Sequence record: SRR31156797_10923
Direction: 5' to 3' (one strand)
DNA length: 41,101 bases
Positions 37,648 through 41,101 of the stretch are shown in pieces. A program made the position numbers and the translations under genes. Within the stretch, counting starts at the first letter, position 1. The number at the start of each line of letters is the position of its first letter. The notes beneath the pieces were generated by a model. That model was not told where the DNA came from, did no database searches, and saw nothing but the letters and a program-made list of their open reading frames with translations.

Positions 37648-39033
37648 ATGTTTAAAAATATTCCGCTTTATGCGAAAATAATTATTTGTATACTATTAGG
37701 GGCGGCATGGGCTTTACTATCTGGTTGGTTAGGCTGGCAGGATTTTACACGCGATTGGATTGATCCTTGGGGTAAAATATTTATCAACTTGCTTAAACTA
37801 ATTGCTATTCCTTTAATTCTATTTTCTATTATCAGTGGAATTGTAAGTTTAGGTAATCCAAAAGATCTTGGAAAACTTGGCGCGCGCACTTTAGGTTTGT
37901 ATCTGGTAACTACGATTATTGCCGTTTCGCTTGGACTCGTTTTAGTAAATCTATGGGGACCGGGAAGAGCTTTATCCGAAGAAGTTCGTGTTGAGAGTCG
38001 TATTAGTTATGAGCTTTGGGCAAAAGCTGAAGGAATAGATATTAAAGATGATATTCATTTGTTAGATGACCCTCAGTATGCAACTTTAATTAAAAAGAAG
38101 CAGGAAGAACTCGGAAAGACAAATGATATTACAGAAAAATTTAAATCCAAGAAAGGAGAACAAGGTCCCTTGCAGGCAGTTGTGGATTTAGTTCCTGTAA
38201 ATATTTTTGATGCGCTGGCCGGAAATGGATCCATGCTTCAAATTATATTTTTTGCCATCTTCTTTGGGATTGCATTGCTTTATATACCAGCGGATAAATC
38301 GGCAACGCTCATTAAGTTTTTTGATGGTGCTTCCGAGGTATTAATTAAAATGGTAGATATCATCATGAAAGCCGCTCCATTTTTTGTTTTTGCATTGATG
38401 GCTGGCGTAATTAATGATATTGCAGGAGATAATCCGGTTAAAATCCTGGAAATATTTAAAGGTTTAGGTTGGTACTCCGGAACAGTGCTTGTTGGTTTGG
38501 TGCTAATGGCTTTTGTTATTTATCCAGGTGTTTTAAAAATGCTGGTTCCTAAACGAAGATTCTTTGAATTCTTAAGGGGAATTAGTCCGGCACAGGCATT
38601 GGCATTTTCTACCAGTTCAAGTGCAGCCACTTTACCGGTAACATTTGAATGTGTAGAGGAAAACTTAGGGGTAGATAAAAAAACAGCTGGTTTTGTTTTA
38701 CCTATTGGAGCAACGGTGAATATGGATGGTACTAGTTTGTATCAGGCTGTAGCCGTAGTGTTTTTGGCACAAATGCATATGATAGATTTGAGTTTAGGAC
38801 AACAGATCACAGTTGTACTCACAGCTACTTTAGCGAGTATTGGTTCGGCTGCCATTCCTAGTGCAGGTGTGGTTATGTTGATGGTTGTGTTAAGTTCTGT
38901 TGGATTAAATCCAGCATGGATTGCGATTATCATGCCAGTAGATCGAATTTTAGATATGGTTCGGACTACGGTGAATGTTACGGGGGATGCTTCAGTTAGT
39001 GTTATTATTGATGAGTATGCGAGTAAAAAATAA
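37648..39033 (+). CDS. Dicarboxylate/amino acid:cation symporter (DAACS/GltP family)
   Basis: Motifs AFSTSSSAATLP, LPIGATVNMDGT, ASIGSAAIP, VDRILDM.RT.VNVTGD. Confidence 0.95.
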   Translation: MFKNIPLYAKIIICILLGAAWALLSGWLGWQDFTRDWIDPWGKIFINLLKLIAIPLILFSIISGIVSLGNPKDLGKLGARTLGLYLVTTIIAVSLGLVLVNLWGPGRALSEEVRVESRISYELWAKAEGIDIKDDIHLLDDPQYATLIKKKQEELGKTNDITEKFKSKKGEQGPLQAVVDLVPVNIFDALAGNGSMLQIIFFAIFFGIALLYIPADKSATLIKFFDGASEVLIKMVDIIMKAAPFFVFALMAGVINDIAGDNPVKILEIFKGLGWYSGTVLVGLVLMAFVIYPGVLKMLVPKRRFFEFLRGISPAQALAFSTSSSAATLPVTFECVEENLGVDKKTAGFVLPIGATVNMDGTSLYQAVAVVFLAQMHMIDLSLGQQITVVLTATLASIGSAAIPSAGVVMLMVVLSSVGLNPAWIAIIMPVDRILDMVRTTVNVTGDASVSVIIDEYASKK

Positions 39034-39076
39034 CGCTTAGTTATTTAATGCAGTTTTAGATAAGCTTTTGATTTTG

Positions 39077-39084
39077 TAACTTTG
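39077..39084 (+). promoter_or_regulatory. Bacteroidota sigma-70 -7 element for the two-gene module
   Basis: TAACTTTG, 27 nt before the ATG. Confidence 0.6.
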
Positions 39085-39111
39085 AAATGAGACAGGTTTA
39101 TAGTATACACA

Positions 39112-39417
39112 ATGCCTAAGATTTTTGAATATCTTGGAATATTAATCTTTTTCTATTCAAATGAACATGAACCAATACATGTTCATGCAAAGAAGGGAGA
39201 ATTTGAAAGCAAAGCTGAGTTTTATATTATTGATGGAGTAATTTCTAAAATTAAGATTACCTGTATCTCTGAGCGTAGACCTCTTAAAGGAAAAGATTTA
39301 AATGATTTTGAGCTTTTTCTCGAAAGATATGCTGATAAAATAGTTGAAAAATGGATTAACTATTTTATATATCATAAGAATGTGGAGTTTGAAAAAATTA
39401 CAAAGCGGTTAAGATGA
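39112..39417 (+). CDS. DUF4160-family protein (putative toxin)
   Basis: MPKI....GI..FFYSNEHEPIHVH motif, a C-terminal W..YF, and about 100 aa. Confidence 0.8.
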   Translation: MPKIFEYLGILIFFYSNEHEPIHVHAKKGEFESKAEFYIIDGVISKIKITCISERRPLKGKDLNDFELFLERYADKIVEKWINYFIYHKNVEFEKITKRLR

Positions 39418-39698
39418 GGATAATTGTTGATTATAAAGAGTTAGATACCATATCGAGTGATTTGCGAATCGATAAGGCTAAATACTTGTCCGATTATGTA
39501 ATTCGGATAACTTTTAATGATGGAAAAGAAAGACTTGTTGATTTTAAATCGTTTCTTACAAAATCTTTGCATCCATCTATAAAAAAATATTTGGATGAAA
39601 GTAGGTTTTCTACATTTTCAATTATTGAGGGTAATTTAAACTGGAATGACTACGATTTAGTTTTTCCAATTTCGGGTTTATATAAGGGCGAAATATAA
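39414..39698 (+). CDS. DUF2442-family protein (putative antitoxin)
   Basis: Pattern Y.IRITFNDG....VDF...L......L....F.......GNLNW..YDL; ATGA overlap with the DUF4160 gene. Confidence 0.78.
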   Translation: MRIIVDYKELDTISSDLRIDKAKYLSDYVIRITFNDGKERLVDFKSFLTKSLHPSIKKYLDESRFSTFSIIEGNLNWNDYDLVFPISGLYKGEI

Positions 39699-39709
39699 AG
39701 TGTTAAATC

Positions 39710-39753
39710 AAAAAAACACCAAGAGCGCAAAACAGTTTTGTTTTGCGCTCTTG
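39710..39753 (-). terminator. Strong hairpin, probable tpx terminator (possibly bidirectional)
   Basis: Perfect 15-bp inverted repeat CAAGAGCGCAAAACA-GTTT-TGTTTTGCGCTCTTG (39720-39753); the adjacent A run gives a U tail on the minus strand. Confidence 0.8.
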
Positions 39754-39780
39754 TGAAATTATAAATAATAGGGGTGGAAA

Positions 39781-40293
39781 TTAAATCAAGCCCTTTGCTA
39801 CTTCTAAAGATTTTTCGTAATCAGGTTCTGTTGTAATTTCAGGAACATGCTCTACATACTGAATTACACCTTCTTTATCGATAATTACAGTTCCACGGGT
39901 TAATAATCTTAATTCTTCAATTACGTAACCATATTTAGCTCCAAAGTCAAGATCTTTATGATCTGATAAGGTAATGATGTTATCTAAGCCTTCAGCACCA
40001 CAAAAACGAGATTGTGCAAATGGTAAATCACAAGAAATAGATAATACTACAGCATCACCCAGCTTATTCGCTTCCTCATTAAAACGTCTGTTTTGTGCAG
40101 CACATACACCTGTATCAATAGATGGGTAAACAGCAATGATAACTACCTTACCTGCATAATCTGATAATTTTACAGGTTCTAGCTTGGCATTTAAAGCTGT
40201 AAATTCAGGAGCTTTTTCTCCAACTTTTACAACGTCTCCTAATATGGTAACCGGACCTCCGGCAAATGTTACTTTTAAATCTGTTTTATTCAT
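39781..40293 (-). CDS. tpx: Thiol peroxidase (atypical 2-Cys peroxiredoxin)
   Basis: Motifs PSIDTGVC..Q.RRFN, DLPFAQ.RFC, EPDY. Confidence 0.95.
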   Translation of the reverse strand: MNKTDLKVTFAGGPVTILGDVVKVGEKAPEFTALNAKLEPVKLSDYAGKVVIIAVYPSIDTGVCAAQNRRFNEEANKLGDAVVLSISCDLPFAQSRFCGAEGLDNIITLSDHKDLDFGAKYGYVIEELRLLTRGTVIIDKEGVIQYVEHVPEITTEPDYEKSLEVAKGLI

Positions 40294-40374
40294 TTTGTTC
40301 TAGTTTAATTTGTGAGATAAACAGTAAGTATATTGAAATGTTTATTTGTAAGCAGTAATTTTTTTGTTTTAATG

Positions 40375-40388
40375 ATGATTTACATCAA
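40375..40388. promoter_or_regulatory. Putative Crp/Fnr-family binding site upstream of tpx
   Basis: ATGAT-TTAC-ATCAA (TTGAT-GTAA-ATCAT on the minus strand), 9/10 match to TTGAT-N4-ATCAA. Confidence 0.45.
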
Positions 40389-40398
40389 TGCAGAAGCC

Positions 40399-41100
40399 TT
40401 ATGAAATCAATGAAAAATCTGGTTTAGTGGCTTTTAATCTAATGTAAAATTTACTTCCACTTTTTCCGTCAGAAATTAAATCTATCTTGCCATTTAACAA
40501 ACGAGTTAACTCTGTACAGATAGCCAATCCTAAGCCGACACCTTCTTTTTTATTGCGCAATTCAAAGTTTCCTTGGTTAAACCTTTTAAAAATTTCTGCC
40601 TGACTTTCTTTAGAGATACCCGGGCCACTATCAGAAACATAAATATTAATCCATTCCGGATTTTCACTTTCCGGAGCTTCAACCCCAAAATTAATAAAGC
40701 CTTTCTGGGTAAATTTAATAGCGTTGGTTAAGAGGTTTGATATAACCTGATAAATCAGTAATTCATCGGTGTAAAACTTTAAATTCTTCAATTCAGAAGG
40801 GATATCATAAGTGAAGAAGATATCTTTATGAGAAGGAATTTGAGTTAGAAAACTAGCGTAAATTCGCTCAAATAAAGGAGCAATGGCTACGGTTTTAAAA
40901 TTGGTTTCAATCATACCGGCCTCAAGCTTCGAAGCATCCATCACGTTGGTAATTAATTGCAATAAAATATTACCATTATCCTTAATAATATCAATAAAGT
41001 TGTCTTTGGTTTCTTCTGATATATCTTTATCACGAAGTAAGTCTGCAAAACCTAAAATAGCATTCATGGGCGTTCTGATTTCGTGACTCATATTGGCTAA
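40399..41100 (-). CDS. Sensor histidine kinase, C-terminal part (5' end lies beyond the window)
   Basis: Motifs LANMSHEIRTPMN, NLLTNAIKFT, DSGPGI, GVGLGL; the frame is open to the window edge. Confidence 0.9.
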   Translation of the reverse strand, partial: LANMSHEIRTPMNAILGFADLLRDKDISEETKDNFIDIIKDNGNILLQLITNVMDASKLEAGMIETNFKTVAIAPLFERIYASFLTQIPSHKDIFFTYDIPSELKNLKFYTDELLIYQVISNLLTNAIKFTQKGFINFGVEAPESENPEWINIYVSDSGPGISKESQAEIFKRFNQGNFELRNKKEGVGLGLAICTELTRLLNGKIDLISDGKSGSKFYIRLKATKPDFSLIS

Positions 41101-41101
41101 A

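Noticed and set aside
1..41101. CRISPR arrays, tRNA/rRNA genes, IS elements, prophage, reverse transcriptase systems
   Set aside because: No regularly spaced repeats, RNA-gene signatures, or transposase/integrase/RT/phage motifs were seen. Intergenic gaps are all under about 420 nt.

Overview
AT-rich bacterial chromosomal segment, most likely Bacteroidota of the Marinilabiliales/Bacteroidales type. This is inferred from TAnnTTTG -7 promoter elements, the ruvX-def pairing, a T9SS-type C-terminal tail and an M49 peptidase. It is mostly core and metabolic genes: a methylcrotonyl-CoA carboxylase-like operon, an SF1 helicase, arcA, ruvX-def, miaB, ppk1, tdh, dipeptidyl peptidase III, slyD, aroC, a DAACS transporter and tpx. 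Accessory parts are a 7-gene Wzy-type polysaccharide cluster, a DUF4160/DUF2442 toxin-antitoxin-like pair and a small secreted protein with no evident catalytic domain. I found no rRNA, tRNA, CRISPR array, transposase, integrase or prophage. The best candidate for an undescribed system is a possible low-oxygen/redox module at 8.4-14.1 kb: an orphan haem-c (CxxCH) sensor kinase, a stand-alone arcA, an NADH flavoprotein and a minimal PAS-MCP. Crp/Fnr-like boxes lie at plausible activator distances from the arcA and PAS-MCP promoters, with a third upstream of tpx. A structured 5' leader upstream of aroC is the next best lead. Both are hypotheses. All family names come from motif recognition by eye; no database searches were run.
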